IMG/VR virus record: IMGVR_UViG_3300028654_000001
Span: 448,572-512,571 of that record
Length of the DNA: 64,000 nucleotides
Strand: one strand, 5' to 3'
The position numbers were made by a program, and so were the translations under genes. Positions 19,471 through 27,709 of the stretch are shown here, piece by piece. The notes under the pieces are model-generated. The model had not been told where the DNA came from. It made no database searches and saw only the letters and a program-made list of their open reading frames with translations. Position 1 is the first letter of the stretch. The number at the start of each line of letters is the position of its first letter.

Positions 19471-19543
19471 CAGGGGCACAGAGACTCGAACTCATGATTG
19501 GCGGTTTTGGAGACCGCTTTCCTACCAATTGAAAGATACCCCT
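19471..19543 (-). tRNA. tRNA-Trp(CCA)
   Basis: AGGGG start, loop CT-CCA-AA, G73. Confidence 0.9.
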
Positions 19544-19579
19544 AGAGTTACACCAAGTAATTGAAACAAGTAAAAAGGT

Positions 19580-19658
19580 TGGCGGAGCTGATGGGATTCG
19601 AACCCACGATCTATACCTTGACAGGGTACTGGGGACGGCCGGACTCCCCTACAGCTCC
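19580..19658 (-). tRNA. tRNA-Asp(GTC)
   Basis: GGAGC start, loop CT-GTC-AA, GCCA end. Confidence 0.93.
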
Positions 19659-19712
19659 GTAGTATCACCACAATCGCCAGAATCGCTATCCATAAAGCAT
19701 CTCCTTTCGTTT

Positions 19713-20249
19713 TCAGTAATCGTAATAGGAACTCTCCCTAGGGAGTTCCAGGTGGTAAAGCTTCAACTTCGCAACATTAGAGGGTGCGTGAGTGTACTTC
19801 GAGAACAGGTCCCAGGCATGAGTAAGCCCGCAACCAGGACGTTTCTCTGGCCAGGGTTGGATATTATCCCAGATCCTCTCGAGACGAGTAGGTGGAGGGA
19901 TATGTTCCTCGTGGAACAATAGAAGGAACTCTGGCTTGAGCAAAGGATCACTTGGCTCATTGTAGATCTTCATCCCGTAGCCGCCGAACATCCCAGTGCA
20001 GGTCATCTCGATGGGAGGGTCATACTCTTCAATGAGTCGGATCACCCTCTCGAACTCTGCGGTCTCGTAGGCCTGAACAACAGGCTTGGAGAACCCACCC
20101 TTCTCGTAAGGGTAGTACTTGTTGTGAAGCTCTTTGAGCCACACCACAGCTTCATCAGGGAAGGTGCTCAATACAGAGTGTCCATTGAGAAAAGGTCTCC
20201 GTACTTTGAGTCCCTCACCATACAGTAAGGAGGCGTAGGGTGCCCGCAA
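19713..20249 (-). CDS. hypothetical protein (start uncertain)
   Basis: Open frame with phage-like composition. Confidence 0.5.
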   Translation of the reverse strand: MRAPYASLLYGEGLKVRRPFLNGHSVLSTFPDEAVVWLKELHNKYYPYEKGGFSKPVVQAYETAEFERVIRLIEEYDPPIEMTCTGMFGGYGMKIYNEPSDPLLKPEFLLLFHEEHIPPPTRLERIWDNIQPWPEKRPGCGLTHAWDLFSKYTHAPSNVAKLKLYHLELPRESSYYDY

Positions 20250-20437
20250 TTGCAGATTGGAGCAACCAAGCCCCTCATTGTACCCTGTACGAAAGGGATC
20301 GTAGTCTCAGTCATCTTTCCACATTTGTAACAGGGGTAGCTAAATGGTTCTAGGTCATAACGCTTTGCCCAGAGCTTAGGGTCTACCCCGTAGCAGATCA
20401 ACCGATGAGGTATTGGAGGGTAGCGTCTACGTGCCAT
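20168..20437 (-). CDS. small zinc-binding protein
   Basis: MARRRYPP..CYKCG..CNCGH; the ORF-track N-terminus overlaps RNA genes, so start moved to 20437. Confidence 0.55.
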   Translation of the reverse strand: MARRRYPPIPHRLICYGVDPKLWAKRYDLEPFSYPCYKCGKMTETTIPFVQGTMRGLVAPICNCGHPTPPYCMVRDSKYGDLFSMDTLY

Positions 20438-20446
20438 AAGAGTTAC

Positions 20447-20577
20447 GCGGAGACAAGAAGTGCAGGGACTGTTTTGGGACCATTGCTCTGCCAGTTGAGC
20501 TACGCCTGCCAAAGCTGACGACGGGAATCGAACCCGCAACCCACGGTTTAGATTGTAGTCTCTACGATATTCTCCGC
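20447..20577 (-). ncRNA. Y RNA (YrlA-like) copy B
   Basis: GAATAT..GACTACAAT..CTTGTC stem; T-arm GCGGGTTCGATTCCCGT, closed acceptor, D arm TAGCTCAACTGGCAGAGC. Confidence 0.9.
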
Positions 20578-20581
20578 ATAG

Positions 20582-20653
20582 TACCCCCGACAGGAGTCGA
20601 ACCTGTGACCTTGAACTTAGGAAGTTCCTGCTCTTCCTCTGAGCTACGAGGGC
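20582..20653 (-). tRNA. tRNA-Arg(CCT)
   Basis: Loop TT-CCT-AA. Confidence 0.93.
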
Positions 20654-20776
20654 GTTATTTAAGTGAGTAGAAAGAATTAAGCCACCTCGAAGATGGTGGT
20701 TCTTGAACTTTACCAAAAGGTTTGGCGGTCACCCAGATAGAGGCTGACTTTTTACCATCAACCTCAGAATAAGGTA

Positions 20777-21115
20777 CTACATATACACCGTCGTTTCGAG
20801 GCAAGGGTTTTTGTAAAGAACCGCAGGGATAGCCTCTAACCACCCGTGCATGATAGCAGGCCTCAATCTCTTTAGGTCTAATCGACGGGCAAAGTGCTTT
20901 TCATCAACGTAGATAAACTCATCATCACCACCCGTTCTATAAAGGATGGCTCCCTGCTCCAAGGTTGTGTCCTCATGCCCAACATGGAAGGTTTTCGTAA
21001 CACGAAAGGCTGCAGTCTTGGACAACCTAATGCCCCATGTTGGGTCGAGTCCTGGGACTCGATTCACATCAGGTGGGATGAAACTAGGCATCGTAGGCAG
21101 TTTGAATCTTATCAA
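20777..21115 (-). CDS. hypothetical protein
   Basis: 112-aa ORF. Confidence 0.5.
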   Translation of the reverse strand: MIRFKLPTMPSFIPPDVNRVPGLDPTWGIRLSKTAAFRVTKTFHVGHEDTTLEQGAILYRTGGDDEFIYVDEKHFARRLDLKRLRPAIMHGWLEAIPAVLYKNPCLETTVYM

Positions 21116-21437
21116 ACCGATCCCAATCAGTCCAGGGGAGATACCCTTTTGCGAGAGCCCAGCCTATTTTGGCTCGGCCTAAGACCTCCCTCGTCACGAG
21201 GGATAGTCGATCAAGGTCTTCCTTCGGAAGGGTTCCCTTGGAGATTGACTCCCTGAGATCTTTGAGCTTGATCACCCACCACGGGTACGGGTCCTCCTCG
21301 TTGTCAGTGACGTACCCAATCTCTAGGAGCTTGGGGTCATCATTGAGGAGGATGTTACCACCGTGCTGCTTGACATACTCCAAGATGGAGTTGCACATCT
21401 CGAAGAAGTCAGTGCATCTAGTCTGAGTCATTGGCAT
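21084..21437 (-). CDS. hypothetical protein
   Basis: Start at ATG after GGTGTA promoter. Confidence 0.55.
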   Translation of the reverse strand: MPMTQTRCTDFFEMCNSILEYVKQHGGNILLNDDPKLLEIGYVTDNEEDPYPWWVIKLKDLRESISKGTLPKEDLDRLSLVTREVLGRAKIGWALAKGYLPWTDWDRFDKIQTAYDA

Positions 21438-21558
21438 ACCTAGAACCAGTACACCAAAAGAAGTATGTGGATTGAACCCCACGACGCATCTCAAGCCACC
21501 CCTCACCACTCTTCACCCAGACCCTGATGATGTCTCCTTTGGCTAGAGGACTTTTAGG

Positions 21559-21849
21559 TTACCTATTAGGCTTACTCTTGAACTTTGCAGCAAGTCTTCG
21601 AGCTGCATCCAAGAAAGAATTATCGTTATTGTCTGAAGTCTCTGTTTTACCTTTACACTCTAATAGATAACCATCAGTAACTGAGGTGACTTTGGTTGGT
21701 CCAATAACGATTTGAAGTGCTTGCTTGGCCGCCTCCCGGATCCCCTTGCTCCGTCGAATAACCTCATACTCCTGATCGAACGTTGTCTCTAGGTTATGCT
21801 TAGCTGCAAACCTAGAGACAACGTTGGAGATACTAACCACGTCTTCCAT
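21559..21849 (-). CDS. hypothetical protein with NVVSRFAA motif
   Basis: Class-2 promoter CACTTATAGG 14 nt upstream. Confidence 0.6.
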   Translation of the reverse strand: MEDVVSISNVVSRFAAKHNLETTFDQEYEVIRRSKGIREAAKQALQIVIGPTKVTSVTDGYLLECKGKTETSDNNDNSFLDAARRLAAKFKSKPNR

Positions 21850-21892
21850 AACAAGGAAATCCTATAAGTGAGAAATTGACTGAACCATAAGT

Positions 21893-21970
21893 TGGGGTGA
21901 TGTACGGGTATCGAACCCGCCAATATAAGGGCCACGACCTTACCCCGTCACCATGCTGGGTCACACCACC
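21893..21970 (-). tRNA. tRNA-His(GTG)
   Basis: G-1:C73, loop TC-GTG-GC (C33), CCA. Confidence 0.88.
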
Positions 21971-21992
21971 ATAAAGTTGTTAGGGATTAATC

Positions 21993-22862
21993 TCAGGGGT
22001 TGAGCCCAAGACGTTCTGGATGAGGTTCCCAAGAAGTTAGTTTACTGCTAACCAAAGCACGGACACTGGATACCTCTCGAATCTGAGCTTTTTCATGGCT
22101 TATAACCATCTCCCGGTAGCGTTCCCAATCTACAGGAGAGGTATCTTTTCTAGTGTAGGCCTTCAGGAATCCGATGACTAAAGTGTCTTCCTCATCTCGT
22201 TCAAGTCTGCCGAGTCGAACATTGAGATCCTTCAGAAAAGAGTCCAATTGGATGAGGTACTCTTTGGTTCCTTCAGCACTAAGCTCGAAAGGTGGCCACC
22301 CGTTACCGAAACACTCCCCTTGAAGGTACCCTGTCCCAGGACGTTTGTATCCGTGAAGAACGACCCCGGGCATTGACCGATCACCCTTCTTGGCTCTTGG
22401 AAGCAGCATGAAGGGTCTGAAACAACACGGACAGGTTGCCCTGCCAACTCGAGCCCTCTCCTCACGCTCTTGCTTCTTCCTCTCGGTCTCAGCTTCGTAG
22501 GACTCCATCTGCAGAGCTTCGAGTACTTGATCCTGGAAGTGATTCTTCGTCAACCACTTCTCTAGGGTCTCACCCTCAGCGTTTCGAATGATGAATAGGT
22601 ACTCCCTCCCGATGTAATCGAAGAAGACTCCAGTCTCGAATACAGCTCCGTTTGGGGCAGTGAACTTGGTTCCTCCCCTGAGGGGCTCGATTGTCCAACC
22701 AAGATAGTCGAAGACTGGCCATAGCTCCTTGAGTGTTTTCCCTAGCTTTGGATTCTTTCGAACCCAGAGTAAGAGCTTTGTCATCTTCTCTGGATCCAGA
22801 GGTCTCTTACGAGCAGCCGCTTGAAAACGACGGGCCACTCTCTGGACAATAGGATCTTCCAC
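21993..22862 (-). CDS. hypothetical protein with N-terminal DPIVQRVARRF motif
   Basis: TCPCCFR..VLHGYKRPGTGY..GECFG zinc module. Confidence 0.7.
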   Translation of the reverse strand: MEDPIVQRVARRFQAAARKRPLDPEKMTKLLLWVRKNPKLGKTLKELWPVFDYLGWTIEPLRGGTKFTAPNGAVFETGVFFDYIGREYLFIIRNAEGETLEKWLTKNHFQDQVLEALQMESYEAETERKKQEREERARVGRATCPCCFRPFMLLPRAKKGDRSMPGVVLHGYKRPGTGYLQGECFGNGWPPFELSAEGTKEYLIQLDSFLKDLNVRLGRLERDEEDTLVIGFLKAYTRKDTSPVDWERYREMVISHEKAQIREVSSVRALVSSKLTSWEPHPERLGLNP

Positions 22863-22900
22863 ACCAAGAAGTACCCTATAAGTGAAACTTGATCAAGTAG

Positions 22901-22983
22901 CGGAAGAGAGCAGAGTCGAACTGCGGTCCTTACGGGCATCCAGGTTTCCAAGCTGGCGGGCGACCACTCACCCCATCCCTTCC
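22901..22983 (-). tRNA. tRNA-Ser(GGA), 8/4 cloverleaf
   Basis: Acceptor GGAAGGGA/TCTCTTCC, T stem GCAG/CTGC, 6-bp D stem, G73. Confidence 0.88.
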
Positions 22984-23490
22984 ATTTGTCCGATTACCCA
23001 CACCACAAGTCCAAGAACCAAATAAACCAGACTCTCGAACTAATCGAAGAAATGGACTCAATAGAATCCAAGCCTCATAAGGCATATCTCTTCTTATGTA
23101 GTTACATCGTATACAACACGGTATTACATTGGACTCAAGATGCCCAAGTGAGTTACCTCTACGATCCAAAGTCATTTTAAGTGAGGTCTCACCACAATAC
23201 TGACACTCTTGTGAGATTAACTTCTCGATAATCTCTTTGGTCAAGTCATTTGACCGCCCTGCCCTCCTATCTGACTGTTTAGAGTCCTTGAGTATGAACC
23301 CGGATCTGAATCTAGGATTAGCTCTTCGATCCCGATCAAGTCTATTATACATATCCCTAATTCGTTGGTTATCTCGATAGATCTTAGCAGTACCCTCCTT
23401 CTTCAAGTAGTAGCACTTCCTACAGACAGCACTCTTATCGTAAAAAGGCTCATCTGGGGTTTCTTCTTTACCACAAGAGCAGACTCGCAT
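22930..23490 (-). CDS. HNH-family endonuclease
   Basis: CQYCG..TLDRRGNSLGHLESNVIPCCIRCN; start at ATG after GGTGTA promoter; ends inside tRNA-Ser. Confidence 0.8.
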   Translation of the reverse strand: MRVCSCGKEETPDEPFYDKSAVCRKCYYLKKEGTAKIYRDNQRIRDMYNRLDRDRRANPRFRSGFILKDSKQSDRRAGRSNDLTKEIIEKLISQECQYCGETSLKMTLDRRGNSLGHLESNVIPCCIRCNYIRRDMPYEAWILLSPFLRLVRESGLFGSWTCGVGNRTNGRDGVSGRPPAWKPGCP

Positions 23491-23506
23491 ACTAAAGTTA
23501 CACCAG

Positions 23507-23591
23507 CGGAAGGCAGACGATTCGAACGCCATAGTGTTACCTACGCACCGCTCAGCAGGCGGGCTCCAGACCAGATCCAGATTTACCTTCC
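23507..23591 (-). tRNA. tRNA-Ser(GCT), 8/4 cloverleaf
   Basis: Acceptor GGAAGGTA/TGCCTTCC, T stem GGCG/CGTC, loop CT-GCT-GA. Confidence 0.85.
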
Positions 23592-23597
23592 ATAAAG

Positions 23598-23762
23598 TTT
23601 GGCAGGATCTCATTATTGGGTGCGCACCCTCAGAAATCTTGCTGGATCGGACCCTCAAGACCGACTGCCATTCAGCTTCCGCTTCCCTCATCTTACAAGA
23701 GTTCAGCAGCTTCAGCCCAAGTCAGGTAACAGAGGTAAGATGATCCCTGATGATTCGGGCTT
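23598..23762 (-). ncRNA. candidate pseudoknotted RNA between Ser tRNAs
   Basis: AGCCCGA..TCAGG/CCTGA.TTGGGCT crossed by TCATCTTAC/GTAAGATGA; then TGGCAG/CTGCCA multibranch. Confidence 0.5.
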
Positions 23763-23764
23763 AG

Positions 23765-23852
23765 CGGAAAGTGTAGGAATCGAACCCTTACCCCTTACGA
23801 GGTACCCACCAGTTTTCGAAGCTGGTTGCCATCCGGTTAGCTGGCACCTTCC
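23765..23852 (-). tRNA. tRNA-Ser(CGA), 8/4-like cloverleaf
   Basis: Acceptor GGAAGGTG/CACTTTCC, loop TT-CGA-AA, long V arm. Confidence 0.85.
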
Positions 23853-23865
23853 GTAAAATTGTGAT

Positions 23866-24636
23866 CTAAATCTCGAGATCATCTAAAAGAGACTCTAGGT
23901 CACCTTGGATGTACTCGAAGATCGACTGGTTGCCATCAAAGTACTTAGTCACACCCTGACCAACCTTGGTCTCTACTACATCAGTGCTAATCTCTTCAAA
24001 GTTAGATGGAAGTGCATCCTCCCACTCATCATAGTTAGTAGGAAGGTTGTGTATCCACTCCTTGAAGAAAGCGAAACTACCGTAATCATGGTCAGAAGGT
24101 GAGAAGTCTGGGATGTAGCTATGAACCTGATCCAGAGCCCTCTGTTGTTTAGAGAAGTCTAATGACTTCAACCAACTTAGATCCTCCTCTGTAGGAGCAT
24201 CCTCAGGGAATGACCCAATACGATCTATCAGATCGTTCCGATCAAAATCAACAAGTACTTTGGCTATAGGAGAATCATCAATATCACTGTAGATATCGTC
24301 AGCATTGAAGTCATATCGTTGAAGAAGAAGCCCGATTAGCTTAAGTTCTCGCTTGAGTTCTTTTTGTAGGTTGGGTAAGTCAGAGGGATCATCTATTAAA
24401 GACTTGAATCGATGAGTGTATTCCTTGTCTAACTTCTTCAACCTAGAATCAATGTCCAGGAGTTTTCTGGTCTTATCACTCAAGGGTTTCGAGTCGAACG
24501 CTTTACTCATGGTATCTAATAAAGAGAGAGGCCCCGATAGATTCCACTCCTTGAATGTATACCAAGCTAGATTGAGTCTTCGGACATCAACCGCAGCTTT
24601 ATACCTAGCAACCACCCGAGAAACTAGAGAACTCAT
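23866..24636 (-). CDS. acidic hypothetical protein with N-terminal LVSRVVARY motif
   Basis: 256-aa ORF; class-2-like promoter. Confidence 0.65.
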   Translation of the reverse strand: MSSLVSRVVARYKAAVDVRRLNLAWYTFKEWNLSGPLSLLDTMSKAFDSKPLSDKTRKLLDIDSRLKKLDKEYTHRFKSLIDDPSDLPNLQKELKRELKLIGLLLQRYDFNADDIYSDIDDSPIAKVLVDFDRNDLIDRIGSFPEDAPTEEDLSWLKSLDFSKQQRALDQVHSYIPDFSPSDHDYGSFAFFKEWIHNLPTNYDEWEDALPSNFEEISTDVVETKVGQGVTKYFDGNQSIFEYIQGDLESLLDDLEI

Positions 24637-24664
24637 ATTGTAGATCTGAATACGAAAAGAATAG

Positions 24665-24736
24665 TCGGGGTGGTCAGACTTGAACTGACGGCCTCATGCT
24701 CCCAAAGCACGCGATCTACCACTGATCTACACCCCG
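24665..24736 (-). tRNA. tRNA-Pro(TGG)
   Basis: CGGGGTG start, loop TT-TGG-GA. Confidence 0.93.
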
Positions 24737-24799
24737 GTAACGATTACTCTTCTAGCACTTGGAGGGCAGGGTACCACATTACCCATCAAGTGGTATTAG

Positions 24800-24883
24800 T
24801 GCATCAGAGAGGACTTGAACCTCCACGGGTATTACCCCACTTGCACCTCAAGCAAGCGTGTTTGCCAGTTACACCACTGATGC
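24800..24883 (-). tRNA. tRNA-Leu(GAG)
   Basis: Type II, loop TT-GAG-GT. Confidence 0.93.
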
Positions 24884-24940
24884 ATATGTTAGTAAGATAT
24901 GTCTAGGAAACCAAAGGTTTAACCCAAACAAAAAAAATTC

Positions 24941-25049
24941 AAGGAAAAAGCCGCTAAGTCACCCCTGACAAGGGGTGCATAAGACTCGTTTTCAACCATA
25001 GAATGTAGTCCCACACAGTATTCAGGGGCTACTTAGCGGCTATTTCCTT
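24941..25049 (-). ncRNA. Y RNA-like copy C (minimal core on extended ~19-bp stem)
   Basis: CCCCT-GAATAC..GACTACATT..CTTGTC-AGGGG; outer stem AAGGAAATAGCCGCTAAGT/ACTTAGCGGCTTTTTCCTT. Confidence 0.75.
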
Positions 25050-25057
25050 AAAAGTTT

Positions 25058-25285
25058 GACCTCGACAAGTGGTGACAGAGAGGGTTTTTGTGGCCTACAC
25101 ATTGATGGCCCATCTTTCGATGGGTGACATCCGTTCGTCCCGAGCCTTCGGCTCCCGACTAGTCTAAGTAGACGAGAGTCTCTGAGCCCTTGTTAAAGGG
25201 GCTACTGGCTCCATCGCTAGTCCCTCACGGGGCATCGCTACCTTAGGACCGTTATCGATTGTACTCCTTGTCGGTATTCGAGGTC
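25058..25285 (-). ncRNA. Y RNA-like copy D with large non-tRNA multi-hairpin domain
   Basis: GACCTC-GAATAC..GAGTACAAT..CTTGTC-GAGGTC; own promoter. Confidence 0.8.
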
Positions 25286-25291
25286 GAACGA

Positions 25292-25321
25292 GATATACAC
25301 CGATCTGATACCCAAGTGCAA
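25292..25321 (-). promoter_or_regulatory. promoter for Y RNA D/C
   Basis: TTGCAC-18 nt ending GGTG-TATATC, RNA starts ~7 nt later. Confidence 0.65.
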
Positions 25322-25369
25322 TAGGGAAAGTTGTCGGGGTGAAAGGATCTTCAACCTAGGTCAGCTAAT

Positions 25370-25446
25370 TGGTCAGGGCAGCCAGAGTTGAACTGGCGAT
25401 CTTGTGTTCCCGAAACACACGCTTTACCAGGCTAAGCTATACCCTG
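25370..25446 (-). tRNA. tRNA-Pro(CGG)
   Basis: Loop TT-CGG-GA, CCA. Confidence 0.93.
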
Positions 25447-25956
25447 AAGAGATAATTTCCCCTCGTGCACCCCAGCGTGACAGTTTCTACATAAGAGCAC
25501 ACAATTTTGAAGTTCTTGCTCTATCCGTTGCCAAGACCAACCCCTCCAACCTGAAAAGTTTGGGTCTTTCTTGCTAGGATCAAGGTGGTGCATATCTAGA
25601 GCTGACTTAAAAACATCAAACCCACAAATACGACAGTTACCACCGAGGTAAGCTATAACCTTACCCTTCTTTTCTTGACCCTTAGTTATGCAGTAATTAT
25701 TGTGACACCTACCGCACACTTTTAGCTTATGCCCATAAAACTTGGTGAGGTCGTCTTCACCACAGTATATACACTTGCGGGGTTTCCCATTAGGGTTTGG
25801 ATCATTCGGAAGTTTTCCATATGGGCCTCGTTTGGTATGAAGCTCATACTTATTAAGCCAATATCTAACATTTGTGAAAGAGGTGTTTAGATCTATGGCA
25901 ATCTGCCTTACACTCTTCCATTGCTGAAGATGTAGGATAAGAACTTCTTTTTCCAT
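25432..25956 (-). CDS. HTH + HNH homing endonuclease
   Basis: SVRQIAIDL HTH; LGGNCRICG..ALDMHHLDP..CVLLCRNCHAGVH; stop inside tRNA-Pro. Confidence 0.88.
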   Translation of the reverse strand: MEKEVLILHLQQWKSVRQIAIDLNTSFTNVRYWLNKYELHTKRGPYGKLPNDPNPNGKPRKCIYCGEDDLTKFYGHKLKVCGRCHNNYCITKGQEKKGKVIAYLGGNCRICGFDVFKSALDMHHLDPSKKDPNFSGWRGWSWQRIEQELQNCVLLCRNCHAGVHEGKLSLQGIA

Positions 25957-26014
25957 TATTCAGAGTGTAGCTCAGATTAGTAAAGGTACCAGATTGAGCT
26001 ATACCCTGATGAAA

Positions 26015-26178
26015 GTTGGCCGCTACTGGCGGGTTTCCCCGGCCAGTTACCAGAGCTTGCCTCTATCCGCTGCTTGCAACGGGGTCTACGGCAAGATGCC
26101 CAAGCCCGCGGTCTTTGCCAGGCTTGGAGATTCAGCTAGCCCGGTCCTTGTAGAGGCCCGGATGATCATTGCTAGCCT
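26015..26178 (-). ncRNA. candidate GC-rich multi-hairpin RNA
   Basis: GGCTAGC/GCTAGCT, CCAAGCCTG/CGGGCTTGG, CTTGCC/GGCAAG, ACTGGC/GCCAGT. Confidence 0.5.
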
Positions 26179-26540
26179 TATGAAAGTTCTTTGGAATCGT
26201 GTAGTCGACGCATCTGAATCTCGGCAGTATTCAGGGCGGCTTGGTAAACTGTGGATTCCCAGGGACTCAAGGACGCTTTATTTGGCTTGAACAAAGCCTT
26301 CTTCAAGAAGATCCCATCCATGCGGCCACATCTCTTGAGCTCGATTGGATTATCGATGATGAGGCCCAGAATGCCCATCGAGGCGTCCGAGGCCCCGCAC
26401 CAAGAGTCATCCCCACTGTTATTGAAGATGGCCCCAGAGAGGGCTATCTTACCGCACTGGAGGATGGTCAGGTGCCTCACCACAGGGGCGGGCATCCTAG
26501 CCAGGGTATCACCGATGAGGGTTCCTCGTTTGAGTGACAT
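26178..26540 (-). CDS. hypothetical protein
   Basis: ATG 11 nt after GGTG-TATTAT promoter. Confidence 0.55.
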   Translation of the reverse strand: MSLKRGTLIGDTLARMPAPVVRHLTILQCGKIALSGAIFNNSGDDSWCGASDASMGILGLIIDNPIELKRCGRMDGIFLKKALFKPNKASLSPWESTVYQAALNTAEIQMRRLHDSKELS

Positions 26541-26557
26541 GCTGAATAATACACCAG

Positions 26558-26631
26558 TCAGGGTAAATGGACTCGAACCATCGACCTCTTGCTCCCCGAG
26601 CAAGCGCTCTACCAAACTGAGCTACACCCTG
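26558..26631 (-). tRNA. tRNA-Pro(GGG)
   Basis: Loop TC-GGG-GA (C33). Confidence 0.9.
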
Positions 26632-26636
26632 ATAGT

Positions 26637-26776
26637 CACGAAGACAAGAATTCGAAAGAGAAACGTACGGCGTCTTGACCGCTAGACGACCCCCGCATAG
26701 GCTTGAGCGGAGGGAGGGATTCGAACCCCCGATATCCGGCTTGGATGGCAATGTACTCCTTCAGGCATTCTTCGTG
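26637..26776 (-). ncRNA. Y RNA (YrlA-like) copy E
   Basis: GAATGC..GAGTACATT..CTTGTC stem; T-arm GGGGGTTCGAATCCCTC, closed acceptor, Glu-type D arm TCGTCTAGCGGTCAAGAC. Confidence 0.88.
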
Positions 26777-27366
26777 GTGGTTGGAGGCGGAGTTGAACCG
26801 CCGACACCTTGATTTTCAGTCAAGTGCTCTACCGACTGAGCTATCCAACCGTTAGGCAAATCAAAGTCAAGAAGATCTCCTTCATACCTCTCTGCCTCAG
26901 CAATAAGCAATGAGTCCTCTCTGGTTGAATGCTCTATTCTGTGGCAACAAGAGCAGAGCAACTCACACTTCTCAAGTTCTTTCTTCAGTACACTCCAACT
27001 CTTGTTAGCTAAACCACCAAAGTTGAAGTCCTTATCACGTAGGTGGTGGAACTCAAAGGCTGACTGATGCCCAGACCACCCACACCTAATACATTTCCCA
27101 CCCAGCATCTTGATCCCAGTAGCTTTAGCTCGATATCTACGGATCTTGGTGTTGCAAGAGTTGCATCTACGTCTACGACTACTCCCATTAAGTCTACCGC
27201 AAATCACACATGAGTCATACGTTGGTGATTGAATCAACTCGACCCTAAGACCTGACTTGAATGGGACACAAGTAAGGCAAGCTCTTCTCCTGTTGAGAAC
27301 CCTAATGGTACCATCAACAATGACCCGATTAGGGAAGTTTACCTTGCATACTCGACAGGTAGGCAT
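26761..27366 (-). CDS. HNH homing endonuclease (reads through tRNA-Phe)
   Basis: LGGKCIRCG..AFEFHH..ELEKCELLCSCCHRIEH. Confidence 0.88.
   Translation of the reverse strand: MPTCRVCKVNFPNRVIVDGTIRVLNRRRACLTCVPFKSGLRVELIQSPTYDSCVICGRLNGSSRRRRCNSCNTKIRRYRAKATGIKMLGGKCIRCGWSGHQSAFEFHHLRDKDFNFGGLANKSWSVLKKELEKCELLCSCCHRIEHSTREDSLLIAEAERYEGDLLDFDLPNGWIAQSVEHLTENQGVGGSTPPPTTTKNA
26775..26850 (-). tRNA. tRNA-Phe(GAA)
   Basis: Loop CT-GAA-AA, CCA. Confidence 0.96.
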
Positions 27367-27385
27367 ACCAAAAATATAGCACAAT

Positions 27386-27471
27386 TGGTATCGGAGGAGG
27401 GACTCGAACCCTCAAGGGATTTCTCCCAGCAGTATTTGAAGCTGCCGCGTTTGCCTTTTCGCCACTCCGGC
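27386..27471 (-). tRNA. tRNA-Leu(CAA)
   Basis: Type II, loop TT-CAA-AT, CCA; C2.A71 mismatch. Confidence 0.88.
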
Positions 27472-27477
27472 ATGTAG

Positions 27478-27559
27478 TACCCAAGGAGAGACTTGAACTC
27501 TCACGTCACAAGGACCACCGGTTCTGAGCCGGCGCTGTACGCCATTCCAGCACTTGGGC
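27478..27559 (-). tRNA. tRNA-Leu(CAG)
   Basis: Type II, loop CT-CAG-AA. Confidence 0.92.
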
Positions 27560-27563
27560 ATGG

Positions 27564-27633
27564 ACCAGAGACAAGAAGTGCAGAGAGGGTGTTTTCTCCA
27601 ATTGAATTGTACTCCCCACGAGCATTCTCTGGT
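27564..27633 (-). ncRNA. Y RNA-like copy F (minimal)
   Basis: ACCAGA-GAATGC..GAGTACAAT..CTTGTC-TCTGGT. Confidence 0.75.
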
Positions 27634-27634
27634 T

Positions 27635-27709
27635 TGGTCGGCCGAGGTGGACTTGAACCACCGTTACACGCGTATCAGGCGTAGATCCTAACCATTAGAA
27701 GACCGGCCG
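27635..27709 (-). tRNA. tRNA-Ile(GAT), atypical body
   Basis: Loop CT-GAT-AC, acceptor CGGCCGG/TCGGCCG, CCA. Confidence 0.85.

Noticed and set aside
23690-23762. HDV-like/theta ribozyme after tRNA-Ser
   Set aside because: Helix order is similar, but P3/L3, the P1.1 CC/GG pair and the catalytic-C junction are missing; kept only as an unknown pseudoknot
27386-27471. tRNA-Sec or opal suppressor (CTTCAAA in loop region)
   Set aside because: Stem register places the loop at TT-CAA-AT, and the body is Leu-type
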